Origin: an uncultured Candidatus Rokubacteria bacterium
GTDB taxonomy: Bacteria > Methylomirabilota > Methylomirabilia > Rokubacteriales > CSP1-6
Reading direction: 5' to 3'
DNA length: 64,000 bases
Assembly (NCBI GenBank): GCA_963758635.1
Contig: CAVWWD010000008.1
Location: 576,001-640,000, forward strand
Both the position numbers and the translations under genes were made by a program. Numbering within the stretch: the stretch's first letter is position 1; each line of letters starts with the position of its first letter. Positions 36,828 through 46,816 of this stretch are shown here, piece after piece. The notes beneath the pieces are model-generated. The model ran no database searches, was not told the DNA's origin, and saw only the letters and a list, made by a program, of their open reading frames with translations.

Positions 36828-38189
36828 GTGCCCGATCGCGTCGATCCTCGCGGACTCGAAGCGCTGATCCGGAAGGGCGAGGTGGACACCGTGCTCACGG
36901 TGTTCCCGGACCATCTCGGCCGGCTCATGGGCAAGCGCGTCGTCGGACGCTACTTCCTCGACCACGTGCTCGAGGACGGCGTGCACGCCTGCATCTACCT
37001 GTTCACGGTGGACATGGAGATGGAGCCGCTCCCGGGCTTCACGCTCACGTCGTGGGAGCGCGGCTACGGTGACATGAAGGCGGTGCCCGACCTCGCGACG
37101 TGGCGGCTCGTGCCCTGGCTGCCGAAGACGGCCCTGGTCTTCTGCGACGTGTACACCGAGGAGGGCAACCCGATCGAGGAGGCGCCGCGGTGGGTGCTGC
37201 GGCGACAGGTGGAGCGGGCCGCCGCGCAGGGGCTCCTCGTGAAGACCGCCTCGGAGCTCGAGCTGTACCTCTTCCGCGAGTCGTTTGACGAGGCGCGCGC
37301 GAAGCGCTACCAGGGCCTGACGCCCGTCTCCGGGTACCTGGAGGACTACCACATCCTCCAGACCTCCAAGGAGGAGGGGCTCGTCCGCGCCATCAGAAAC
37401 CACATGGAGGCGGCGCGGGTACCCGTCGAGTTCTCGAAGGGCGAGTGGGGAAAGGGGCAGGAGGAGATCAACCTTCGCTACGCCCCCGCCCTCGAGATGG
37501 CCGATCGCCACGTCCTCTACAAGCACGGGGCGAAGGAGATCGCGTGGCAGCAGGGGGCGTCGGTCACGTTCATGGCGAAGTACGACATGGGCGCGGCGGG
37601 CTCCTCGTGCCACATCCACTCCTCGGTGTGGGACCGGGCGGGGCGCAAGAGCCTCTTCGCCGCCCCCGGGCGGCAGGGCACGCCGCTCTTCCGCCAGTGG
37701 CTGGCCGGGCAGGTGGCGATGGCGCGCGAGCTCGCGCTCTTCTACGCGCCCACGATCAACTCCTACAAGCGGTATCAGGCGGGCTCGTTCGCGCCCACCC
37801 GCATCGCCGCGGGGTGGGACAACCGCACGTGCGGGTTCCGCCTCTGCGGCGAGGGGCCGAGCTTCCGGGTCGAGAACCGGATTCCCGGAGCCGACGCCAA
37901 TCCGTACCTGGCGTTCGCCGCCACCATCGCTGCCGGGCTCCACGGCGTGGCGAAAGCGCTCGAGCCCCCCGCCCTCTACGAGGGCAACGCGTACGAGGAC
38001 GCGGCGCTCGCCCAGGTGCCGAAGACGCTGCGCGAGGCCCTGGACGAGTTCGAGAAGTCGCGCGTGGCCAAGGACGCGTTCGGGCCGCGCGTGGTCGCCC
38101 ACTACCTGCACCACGGCCGCCTCGAGCAGCAGGCGTTCGACCAGGCGGTCACCGACTGGGAACTGATTCGACACTTCGAGCGGATCTGA
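36828..38189 (+). CDS. Glutamine synthetase-like protein (gamma-glutamyl-amine synthetase class, GlnA4/PuuA-like)
   Basis: GRLMGKR, ASELE, TFMAK, SSCHIHSS, NPYLA motifs. Confidence 0.88.
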   Translation: MPDRVDPRGLEALIRKGEVDTVLTVFPDHLGRLMGKRVVGRYFLDHVLEDGVHACIYLFTVDMEMEPLPGFTLTSWERGYGDMKAVPDLATWRLVPWLPKTALVFCDVYTEEGNPIEEAPRWVLRRQVERAAAQGLLVKTASELELYLFRESFDEARAKRYQGLTPVSGYLEDYHILQTSKEEGLVRAIRNHMEAARVPVEFSKGEWGKGQEEINLRYAPALEMADRHVLYKHGAKEIAWQQGASVTFMAKYDMGAAGSSCHIHSSVWDRAGRKSLFAAPGRQGTPLFRQWLAGQVAMARELALFYAPTINSYKRYQAGSFAPTRIAAGWDNRTCGFRLCGEGPSFRVENRIPGADANPYLAFAATIAAGLHGVAKALEPPALYEGNAYEDAALAQVPKTLREALDEFEKSRVAKDAFGPRVVAHYLHHGRLEQQAFDQAVTDWELIRHFERI

Positions 38190-38272
38190 CAGGGAGGGCC
38201 GGGTGGAGGCGATTCGGATGGTAGCAGCGGCTCGGCCTGCCTCCCGACTCCTGAGGCGACGCGGAGAACGAC

Positions 38273-39037
38273 ATGGGCAATCGACTCGCCGGGAAAGTGG
38301 CTCTCATCACGGGCGCGGGCGCGGGCATGGGCCGGGAGGCCGCGGTCCTCTTCGCGGAGGAAGGAGCCCGCATCGTCGTGTGCGACATCGACGGCGCGGC
38401 CGCCGAGGGCACGGTGGACCTCGTCCGGAAGGCGGGCGGGGAGGCGGTGGCGGTGGCGGGCGACGTGGCCGCGGAGGCCGACGTGAAGCGCATGGTGGAG
38501 GAAGGCGCGCGGCGCTTCGGCGCCCTCCACGTGCTCTACAACAACGCCGGCGTGCTGTGGAAGGACCGCGACCGCTCCGTCCTCGAGACGGACGGCGGCC
38601 AGTGGGATCGCGTGATGGCGATCAACCTGAAGTCGGTGTTCTGGGTGACCAAGCACGGCATCCCGCGGCTGCGGGAGGCCGGCGGGGGGTCCGTCGTCCT
38701 CGTGGGCTCGGTGTCCGCGCTCGCCGGCTTCACCCGGGCCCAGGACGCCTACACGGCGGCCAAGGGCGCCCTCATCTCGCTGAACAAGTCGCTCGCGATC
38801 CAGTTCGCGCGCGACGGAATCCGCTGCAACATCATCCATCCCGGCATCGTCGACACCCCGTTGCAGGCGCCGTACCTCACGGACGCGCTCCGCGCCGAGT
38901 TCAAGACGGGGATCCCGCTGGGCCGGATCGGCCAGCCGCGGGACATCGCCTACGCCGCGCTGTTCCTCGCCTCGGACGAGTCGTCGTTCATGACCGGCGC
39001 CGAGATGATCGTGGACGGCGGCTTCATGGCCCAGTAA
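38273..39037 (+). CDS. Short-chain dehydrogenase/reductase
   Basis: TGAGAGMG, NNAG, YTAAK motifs. Confidence 0.92.
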   Translation: MGNRLAGKVALITGAGAGMGREAAVLFAEEGARIVVCDIDGAAAEGTVDLVRKAGGEAVAVAGDVAAEADVKRMVEEGARRFGALHVLYNNAGVLWKDRDRSVLETDGGQWDRVMAINLKSVFWVTKHGIPRLREAGGGSVVLVGSVSALAGFTRAQDAYTAAKGALISLNKSLAIQFARDGIRCNIIHPGIVDTPLQAPYLTDALRAEFKTGIPLGRIGQPRDIAYAALFLASDESSFMTGAEMIVDGGFMAQ

Positions 39038-39064
39038 CGCCTCTCCCGCCGCGACGCCTAGAAG

Positions 39065-39191
39065 GCAGGCGGCTCAAAAGGGTCCAGATGCGAGGCGGCG
39101 CCCGATGGGCGCACGCGAGGCGTAGTCTCTCTACGTTGAGCGTGCGACCGAGGGCGCCAACGAAGCAGATGGGCCCTTTTCAGCCGCCTGC
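39065..39191. mobile_element. MITE-like element (about 127 bp) with terminal inverted repeats
   Basis: Left end GCAGGCGGCTCAAAAGGGTCCA vs right-end reverse complement GCAGGCGGCTGAAAAGGGCCCA; no ORF. Confidence 0.75.
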
Positions 39192-40898
39192 TACCGGCGG
39201 CGCCACCGCTGGGTGCGGCGCGTGAGCTGGCGGGCCAGCGCCCCGTGGACGAGGCGCGCGGCCACGTTCGTGTAGATGATCATCGTGGCCATGGCCGCGG
39301 CGGACGCGGTCTGCCCCGCGTCGTCCAGGTCGATGACCACGATCGACGCCAGCTCCGTGTTGGGCCCCCACAGGAAGACCACGCCGGACACCGTCGTCAT
39401 CGCGTTCACGAAGAGGTAGATGCCCATGTCGAGGATGGCGGGCAGGCACACCGGCACCGTGACCCGGCCGAAGACCTTGTAGACGGGCTGGCGGAGGGAG
39501 GCGGACACCGTCTCGAACTCGCGGTCCATCTGCTTGAGCGCGGTGAGCGCGGTGAGGTGGGCGACCGTGTAGAAGTGCACGACGGTGTTGATGACGAGGA
39601 TCGCCATCGTCCGGTAGAGCCCGCCGAGCGGGTTCCGCGGGTCGTTGAAGAAGAAGATGTAGGCGAGGCCGAGCACCATGCCGGGCACGGCCATCGGGAG
39701 CATGGCGAGGAACTGGAAGACGGCGCGGCCGGCCCGGAAGCCCCGACCCTTGTCCACGAGGTAGGCGCCCACGAAGACCACGGAGGTGCCGGCCACCGCG
39801 GTGAAGAAGGCCAGCTTGATCGAGTTCCGGTAGGCGTCCCAGCCGCCGATGCCCCGGCTGTCGAAGTCATAGTGGGCGAGGGTCAGCGAGAGGTTGTACG
39901 GGAAGAATTTGACGAGGGCGGCGAACTGGGAGACGGCCACGATCGACACCAGGTAGACGGCGATGGCCACGCAGCCCGCGAGCATGAGACGGTCGAAGCG
40001 CGGGCGCCCGCGGCGGCTCGAGGGGCACCGCGCGGGCGGACAGGAGCGCCACCTGGCGCCGCTGCGCCACCTGGTCCAGCATGAAGGCCAGCGCGGCGGG
40101 GATCAGGAGGATCACGCTCACCACCGCGCCCATCTCGAAGTTCTGCTGGCCGATGACCTGCTTGTACACGTCGGTGGCGAGCACGTTGTACTGGCCCCCG
40201 ATGACCTTCGGCGCGCCGAAGTCCGTGATGACCATGGTGAAGACCACGAAGGTGGCGCTGAGCAGGCCGTAGCGCACCCCGGGGATCGTCACCGTGAAGA
40301 AGATCCGGCGCGGGCTCGCGCGGAGCGAGATCGCCGCCTCGTAGAGCCGCGCGTCGGCCAGCGACAGCGCGGTGACCAGGATGAGCAGGGCGTGGGGGAA
40401 CGTGAAGAACACCTCGGCCATCACGATCCCGATGGGGCCGTAGATCTTGTGCCCGAAGAGCAGCCCCTTGATGAGGCCCTGGTTGCCGAACAGGTACACG
40501 AGGCCGATCCCGGGCAGCAGGGACGGCATCAGGATCGGGATGAGCGCGATGATCCTGAACAGGCCCTTGGCGGGCATGGTGCTCCGCGTGAGGGCGTAGG
40601 CGTAGAGGAAGGCGAGCGGCACCGTGATCACGGTGCTGATCACGGCCACGGTCAGGCTGTTGACGATCGACGTCGCGAGCGCGGGCGTGGAGAAGTACTG
40701 CACGTAGTTGGCGAGGCCGACCATGTCGCCCTTGGAATTCCGCAGGCTCTTGGCGAGCATCACCCAGAGCGGCAGCGCGAGGGCCACCACCAGGTACGCG
40801 CCGACCACGGCGAGGCCGGCCCGCATGAGCCACTCGTCGCGCCCGACCTGCGGGCGGACGCGCCGCGCGGGCCGCGCGGAGGCGGCGCCGTCAGTCAC
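39191..40898 (-). CDS. Putative 2-aminoethylphosphonate ABC transporter permease (PhnU/V-like, fused; frameshift near 40010)
   Basis: [36 protein letters not shown] motifs. Confidence 0.85.
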
Positions 40899-42002
40899 GA
40901 CGGGCGTCGCGAGGGTAGACGCGCAGGTGCGCGGAAGGCAGCGCGATGGGCAGCGAGCGGCCCTCGGCCAGGTCGAGACGGCGGGCCGCCTCCGCGGCGA
41001 TGTCCGCGCGCAGCGTGGCCTTGCCGAGCCCCTCGCCGATCAGGTCCACGCGGAAGAACGAGCCCAGGAAGACCACCGCGTCCACGCGCGCGGTGAACGG
41101 CGTTGTCCCCCCCGACGCCGACCAGCACGTCCTCGGGGCGGATGGCGAGCGTCACGTCCGCGCCGGGCGCCGTGTCCGCGGTGTCGACGACGAGGACGGC
41201 GTCGCCCACGCGCACCGCGCCCGGTCGCGCGACGGTGCCGGCCACGAAGTTCATCGACCCGATGAAGTCGGCCACGAAGGGCGACGCCGGGCTCCGGTAG
41301 ATCTCGAGCGGCGCGCCCACCTGCTCGATCTCGCCCCGGTTCATGACCACGATGCGGTCGGCCATGGTGAGGGCCTCCTCCTGGTCGTGCGTCACCATGA
41401 TCGTGGTCACGCCGAGCCGGCGCTGGATCTGCGCGATCTCGTGGCGCAGGTGCACGCGCACCTTGGCGTCCAGCGCGGAGAGCGGCTCGTCGAGGAGGAG
41501 CAGCCGGGGCGAGGGGGCGAGCGCCCGGGCCACCGCCACCCGCTGCTGCTGGCCGCCGGAGAGCTGGGACGGGTACTTCGGTCCCTGATCGGGGAGGCCG
41601 ACGAGGTCGAGCAGCTCCTGGACGCGTCGCGCGACCTCGCCCCGCGGCAGGCGGCGGCTCTCGAGCCCGTAGGCCACGTTCTTCTCCGACGGTGAGGTTC
41701 GGGAACAGCGCGTAGGACTGGAAGACGATGCCGAAGTCGCGGCGCTCGGGTGGGAGAGCGGAGACGTCCCGTCCCGCCTGCTCGATCGTGCCGGACGTGT
41801 GCGGGTCGAGGCCGGCGATGGCCCGGAGCAGCGTGGTCTTGCCGCAGCCCGAAGGGCCGAGGAAGCAGACGAACTCGCCCTCGTAGACGTTGAGCGAGAT
41901 CTCGCGGACGGCGGTGAAGGCGCCGAACCGCTTGGTGACGCGATCGAGCCGGAGATAGGGGGCCCGGGTCCCCGCCGGCGCCGAGCTGCCCGGGCCCCCC
42001 AT
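40895..42002 (-). CDS. Putative 2-aminoethylphosphonate ABC transporter ATP-binding protein (PhnT-like; frameshifts)
   Basis: [25 protein letters not shown] motifs; TOBE tail. Confidence 0.85.
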
Positions 42003-42018
42003 GGCGCGAGCGCTCAGG

Positions 42019-43068
42019 CTACTTCTTGGGCTCCGACTTCACGTCGTACCGCTTCGACCACTCGTCGAGGATGCGCTTGCGGTGCTGGGCCGCCCACGCG
42101 AAGTCGTTCTTGGCCATCTTCTCGAGCATGTTGGCGGGCAGGAACTCGATGGGCTTGGACATCGCGGTGATCGCCACCACCGCGTAGCCCTCGTTGTAGA
42201 GCTTCATCGCCTTCTCGCTCACCGACCAGTCGACGAGCGTCCGCGCGACGTCGAGGTTCTTGGTGCCCTTGACGATGGCCGTCGTCTCCATGTCCCAGCC
42301 GGACTTCTCCTCGGGGAAGATGATGTCGATCGGCGCGCCCTGCTTCTTGAGCCGCGCGGCGCGGAACTCGAAGGACACGCCGACGGCGAACTCGCCCGGC
42401 GCGGCCATCGCGCACGGCTTGGATCCGGAATGGGTGTAGACGGCCACGTTCTGGTGCAGCGCGTCCATGTACTTCCACCCCTCGGGCTCCCCGAAGATCT
42501 GCAGCCAGCTCGACACGTCGAGGAAGCCGGTGCCGGACGACGCGGGGTTCGGCATCACCACCTGGCCCCGGTACACGGGCTTGGCGAGGTCCTTCCACGA
42601 GGCTGGCGCGGGCAGGTTCCGCTTCTTGGCCTCGACGGTGTTGAAGCAGATCGCGGCCACCCACGCGTCCATGCCGACCCACGCGGGGGGATTCGCCTTG
42701 TCGCGGAACTGCGCGTCGAGCTTCTCGAGGCCCTTGGGCGCGTAGGGGAGGAGGAGCCCTTCCGCGTTCAGCACCATGAGGCTCGTTGCGGCCAGGCCCC
42801 ACACCACGTCGGCCTGCGGGTTGGCCTTCTCCGCCAGGAGCTTGGCGGTGACCACGCCCGTGGAGTCGCGCACCCACTTGATCTGGATGTTGGGGTGGTC
42901 CTCGTTGAAGCGCGCCGCGTACTTCTTGAGGTCGTCCGCCTCCACCGCCGTGTACACGGTGAGCGCCGACTGCGCCGTCGCCGGCGCCGGCACGAGCGCC
43001 CCCACCGCCGAGGCGAGCAGGAACAGGGCGAGCACCGGGCCGAGCGTCGTCCGCGTGGGGTTCGTCAT
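42019..43068 (-). CDS. Putative 2-aminoethylphosphonate ABC transporter substrate-binding protein (PhnS-like)
   Basis: [25 protein letters not shown] motifs. Confidence 0.85.
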   Translation of the reverse strand: MTNPTRTTLGPVLALFLLASAVGALVPAPATAQSALTVYTAVEADDLKKYAARFNEDHPNIQIKWVRDSTGVVTAKLLAEKANPQADVVWGLAATSLMVLNAEGLLLPYAPKGLEKLDAQFRDKANPPAWVGMDAWVAAICFNTVEAKKRNLPAPASWKDLAKPVYRGQVVMPNPASSGTGFLDVSSWLQIFGEPEGWKYMDALHQNVAVYTHSGSKPCAMAAPGEFAVGVSFEFRAARLKKQGAPIDIIFPEEKSGWDMETTAIVKGTKNLDVARTLVDWSVSEKAMKLYNEGYAVVAITAMSKPIEFLPANMLEKMAKNDFAWAAQHRKRILDEWSKRYDVKSEPKK

Positions 43069-43373
43069 CGTGTCTCCTTGGGCGTTGACCGGAGGGATGC
43101 CGGGCCGGGGTCCCGCGGGCGGGAGCGCGGCCCCGGCCGCCCCGGCACGGGCGCCATTCTAGCCCAGCGTCCTGCGCAACGACAGCCGCCGGTCGCGCCA
43201 CCCGATCAATTGGCCGGAAGTCCTAGTCAAGTTGCACCAGCCCCACGCGAGTCTACGCTTCCCTTTGGGGGTGAATTAGTGCCAGGATGGTCTCTGCGTC
43301 GACCTCGCTCGTGGGGCGTTGAGCGGGACGGAACGTGAGCTACTCCGAGCCAAAGTCTTGAGGAGGTGCATCC

Positions 43374-43976
43374 ATGAAGCGGTGTCTGGTGTTCCTCGTT
43401 TCTGTCGTGCTCCTCGCTGCGGCCTGCAAAGCGGCTGAGCCTCCGTCGGCCGGCTGGAAGTTCTACGGCCCACCGGGCCCGCCCGGTCCCGCCGGACCTC
43501 CCGGTCCTCCTGGCCCAGCCGGACCGGCTGCCGTGGCCGGAGCTCCTGGTCCTGCCGGACCTCCCGGCCCCGCTGGACCTCCCGGTTCCGCCGGAATGGC
43601 TGGCGCTCCTGGTGCCGCCGGTCAGGCTGCGGGCTGGCAGTCGTTCCGGGACATCCTCTTCGACTTCGACAAGTCGAACGTCCGGGCGAGCGAGACCGAG
43701 AAGATCAAGGCGGTGGCGGACTTCGCGAAGGAGAACGCCGGCTTCCAGATTGGCCTCGACGGCTACGCGGATCCGCGGGGCACCCCCGGCTATAACCAGA
43801 AGCTGAGCGACCGGCGCGTCAAGGCAGTACAGGACGCGCTGGCGGCGGCGGGTTTGTCGGGGAACCGCGTCCGCACCGGTGCGTTCGGCGAGCAGAACCG
43901 CAACTGCGGCGAGTCGACGGAGGACTGCTACCAGAAGAACCGCCGGGTGGAAGTGTTCGTCCGGCCGGGCGGCTAG
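43374..43976 (+). CDS. Lipoprotein with collagen Gly-X-Y stalk and OmpA_C domain
   Basis: LLAAAC lipobox-like, 7+10 GXY triplets, FDFDKS…GYAD..G…N..LS.RR…NRRVE. Confidence 0.9.
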   Translation: MKRCLVFLVSVVLLAAACKAAEPPSAGWKFYGPPGPPGPAGPPGPPGPAGPAAVAGAPGPAGPPGPAGPPGSAGMAGAPGAAGQAAGWQSFRDILFDFDKSNVRASETEKIKAVADFAKENAGFQIGLDGYADPRGTPGYNQKLSDRRVKAVQDALAAAGLSGNRVRTGAFGEQNRNCGESTEDCYQKNRRVEVFVRPGG

Positions 43977-44000
43977 CAGGGACGAAGGGAGATCAAGACG

Positions 44001-44675
44001 ATGACGACACAAGTGTTGAAGGGCGTGGCTGCCGCCGCGCTCGTCTTCGCGGTCGCGGGCTGCGGCTCGACACGGATCGGCTGGTCGGGTCCGCCCCTCT
44101 GGTCATTCATGGATGGCTACATCGATGATGCGTCCCAGGTCTTCCCGTGCACCTCGCGGCCCAAGTGGATCCAGACGCCACTCACGGCCGGCCCGGCTGG
44201 CCCTCCGGGACCTCCTGGACCGGCCGCCGCGCCCGGGCCGGCCGGTCCTCCAGGCCCGCCTGGCCCCCCTGGCCCTCCCGGCCCTGCTGGCCCTGCGGGA
44301 CCGCCTGGTACGGGCGGCAGGCCTGGCGCGTCGCTTGACATCGTGCACTTCGAGGTTCGGACGGCGCAACTCCGGTCGAACTGCGCCGACAAGATCGAGA
44401 AGATCGCCGAGTGGCTGCGCGACCATCCGACGGTTGCGGTGGAGCTGGCCGGATACCTCGACCAGGTCGAGGCGCCGGTGACGAGCGCTGCGCTGCAGGA
44501 GCAGCGCGCCGTCGTTGTCCGCGACGCCCTGGTCAAGGCGGGAGTGGAGCCAGCGCGCATCCGGACCGTGTCCGCCAGCGACAACGCGCTGAAATGTGTG
44601 AAGAGCACGGACGAGTCGTGCCGGCAGTGGAATCGTCGAGTCGAGGTGATGATCGCAGAGCCCTCGCTGAACTGA
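44001..44675 (+). CDS. Second lipoprotein with collagen stalk and divergent OmpA_C domain
   Basis: VAGC lipobox, 4+11 GXY triplets, GYLD…NRRVE. Confidence 0.85.
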   Translation: MTTQVLKGVAAAALVFAVAGCGSTRIGWSGPPLWSFMDGYIDDASQVFPCTSRPKWIQTPLTAGPAGPPGPPGPAAAPGPAGPPGPPGPPGPPGPAGPAGPPGTGGRPGASLDIVHFEVRTAQLRSNCADKIEKIAEWLRDHPTVAVELAGYLDQVEAPVTSAALQEQRAVVVRDALVKAGVEPARIRTVSASDNALKCVKSTDESCRQWNRRVEVMIAEPSLN

Positions 44676-44868
44676 CACCGCTGTGAGGGAGTCGCGGGGG
44701 GCGTGAGCGCGAGCTCGCGCCCCCCGTGGCGTCTCAGCCCCCCTGAGCGGGGGCGCGGAGGAGGCGCACGAGCTCCTCCGGCGGAATGCGCTGGTGGGAC
44801 GAGCGGCTCTCGCGATCGCCTGACCGCGGGCGCTCGGGCCCGCGCGGCCGTCACGCGCTGCGGAGCCG

Positions 44869-46127
44869 TCACGAGCGCGCGATGGCGTCGAGGTACCACT
44901 CGGTGTAGCGGATCACGTTGTACTCGCGCCGGGTCGAGTACGGGCCCGGCGTGAAGGCGGAGGAGGCGACGCCCGCCTGGTTCCGCTCGCACAGGTCCCA
45001 GTCCTGCTCGCTCGTGAGCTCCCAGAACGGCAGCAGCGTGTCCAGCCGGTAGTCGGTGCCCTCCACGGCGTCCTCGTGGACCAGCCACTGCACCTGGATC
45101 CGGGTGGCGCCCACCCCGGCGGGGGCGAGCCGGGTCGACACCGAGTGATCGCTCGACGAGTGGTTCCAGAAGTTCGGCATCGTGCGCATGCGGAGCGTGC
45201 CCACGTCGCGGCCGGGATAGGTCCCCATCACCGGAGCCACCGGCTGGCCCTCCATGGACTCGCTCACCCAGCCCCGCACGAGCGGCGTGCGGTTGATCGA
45301 CCACCAGCAATCGGTCGACGGGAAGCGCACCATTCCCGCCTCTCGGTAGTCGATGGAGAGGCCGTGGCCGGCGAGGCGCGCCGATGCCTCGGCGGCGAGG
45401 GACTCGATCTCCGCGCGCAGGCGAGCGATCGTCGATGGCCGCGTTGTCGAAGTTCGCCTTGACGTACTGCGGATGGTTCACGTCGCAGTGCCAGCACTCG
45501 CGGTTGTTCTCCCACACGAGCTTCCAGTTGGCGCGGACGATGTAGTCCCGCACCGCCGCCACCTTCGCCCGCTCCAGCCCCTGCGGGCGGAGCATCGGCT
45601 CGAGGTCGCGCACGGCGGCGTCGAAGGGCGGGGGGTCGTCGGCGAGGGACACGAAGACCAGCCCGGCCACCTCCCGCACGTGCGCGGCGTGCAGGCCGAA
45701 CTCCTTCCGGTCGAGCCCGTCCTCGGTGTCCATGCCGCCGCACGCCACCAGCGCCCCATCGCGGGCGTAGGCCCACTGGTGGTACGGGCACACGAAGAGC
45801 CGCACGTGGCCCGCCGGGCCGGCGACGAGACGCATCCCGCGGTGCCGGCACGTGTTGTGGTGCGCGCGGAGCCCTCCGTCGTCGGCGCGGACCACGACGA
45901 CGGAGTCCGTGTCGAACGTCGAACACGAGGTAGTCCCCGGGCCGCTTCACCTGGCAGGAGTGGCCGGCGAAGAGCCAGCCGCGGCGCCAGATACGCTCGA
46001 GGTCGAGCGCGTAGATGGCGGGCTCGGTCGAGAACTCGCGCGCGAGGGTGAAGCCCGGGCGGTGCGCGGCGAGGAGACGCTCGAGGAGGGCTGGTCCGGG
46101 CCTGGCCGCGCGGCATCCGTCGCTCAT
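44869..46127 (-). CDS. Rieske oxygenase alpha subunit (GbcA/glycine-betaine monooxygenase-like; frameshifts)
   Basis: CRHRG…CPYHQW Rieske motif, [14 protein letters not shown]. Confidence 0.85.
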
Positions 46128-46299
46128 CGCCCCGATGATAGCCCAACCGCCGTGGCGCCCCGGCGCCGCGCCTCCCTTGTCACGGCATCGCCCCTCGCCG
46201 GCGCCGTCACACGCGCCGGAGCTGGCTGCTATGATCGCGCGAAACTCGAACCGGCCCGCGGGCGTCCGGCCCGCGGACGTGCCGAGCCAGGAGGGCACG

Positions 46300-46734
46300 A
46301 TGCTCGCATCCGGCATGCTGTTCGCGGTTCTCGCGGGGATGTCGGCCGCCGCGTGGACCGTGTGCTTGAAGCTCGGCGCCACGAAGGTCAACGTGGCGCT
46401 GGGGGCGATGACCGTCACCGCCGTCGCCTTCGTCGTGAACTCCATCGTCCTGCTGACGATGCGGGCGCGAGGCCAGGAGATCGTGGTGCGGCCGGAGGCG
46501 CTCTGGCTGCTCGTCGTGGCGGGGGTGGCCGCCGCGGGGGTCGACATCTTCGCGCTCACCGCCTACGAGCGCGGCCTCCGCGTGTCGTCCTCGCTCGTGA
46601 TCGGGGCCACGTCGACGGCGCTGGTGCTGCTCGTGGGCGTGATCGCCTTCCAGGATCCGCTGACGCCCGCGCGGGTCGCCGGGATCGGGCTGATCGCGGC
46701 GGGCGTCTTCCTGCTGCAGGCGCAGGGCGGCTGA
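46300..46734 (+). CDS. Single-domain EamA/DMT family membrane protein
   Basis: Five hydrophobic helices, ends …RVAGIGLIAAGVFLL. Confidence 0.75.
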   Translation: MLASGMLFAVLAGMSAAAWTVCLKLGATKVNVALGAMTVTAVAFVVNSIVLLTMRARGQEIVVRPEALWLLVVAGVAAAGVDIFALTAYERGLRVSSSLVIGATSTALVLLVGVIAFQDPLTPARVAGIGLIAAGVFLLQAQGG

Positions 46735-46816
46735 GGCGGATCATCCATGAACGGGTTCACCGGACGCGTACGCTGTTCACGGTCCGCCTGCGTCCGCGGA
46801 TGATGCGGGCCAGGGG

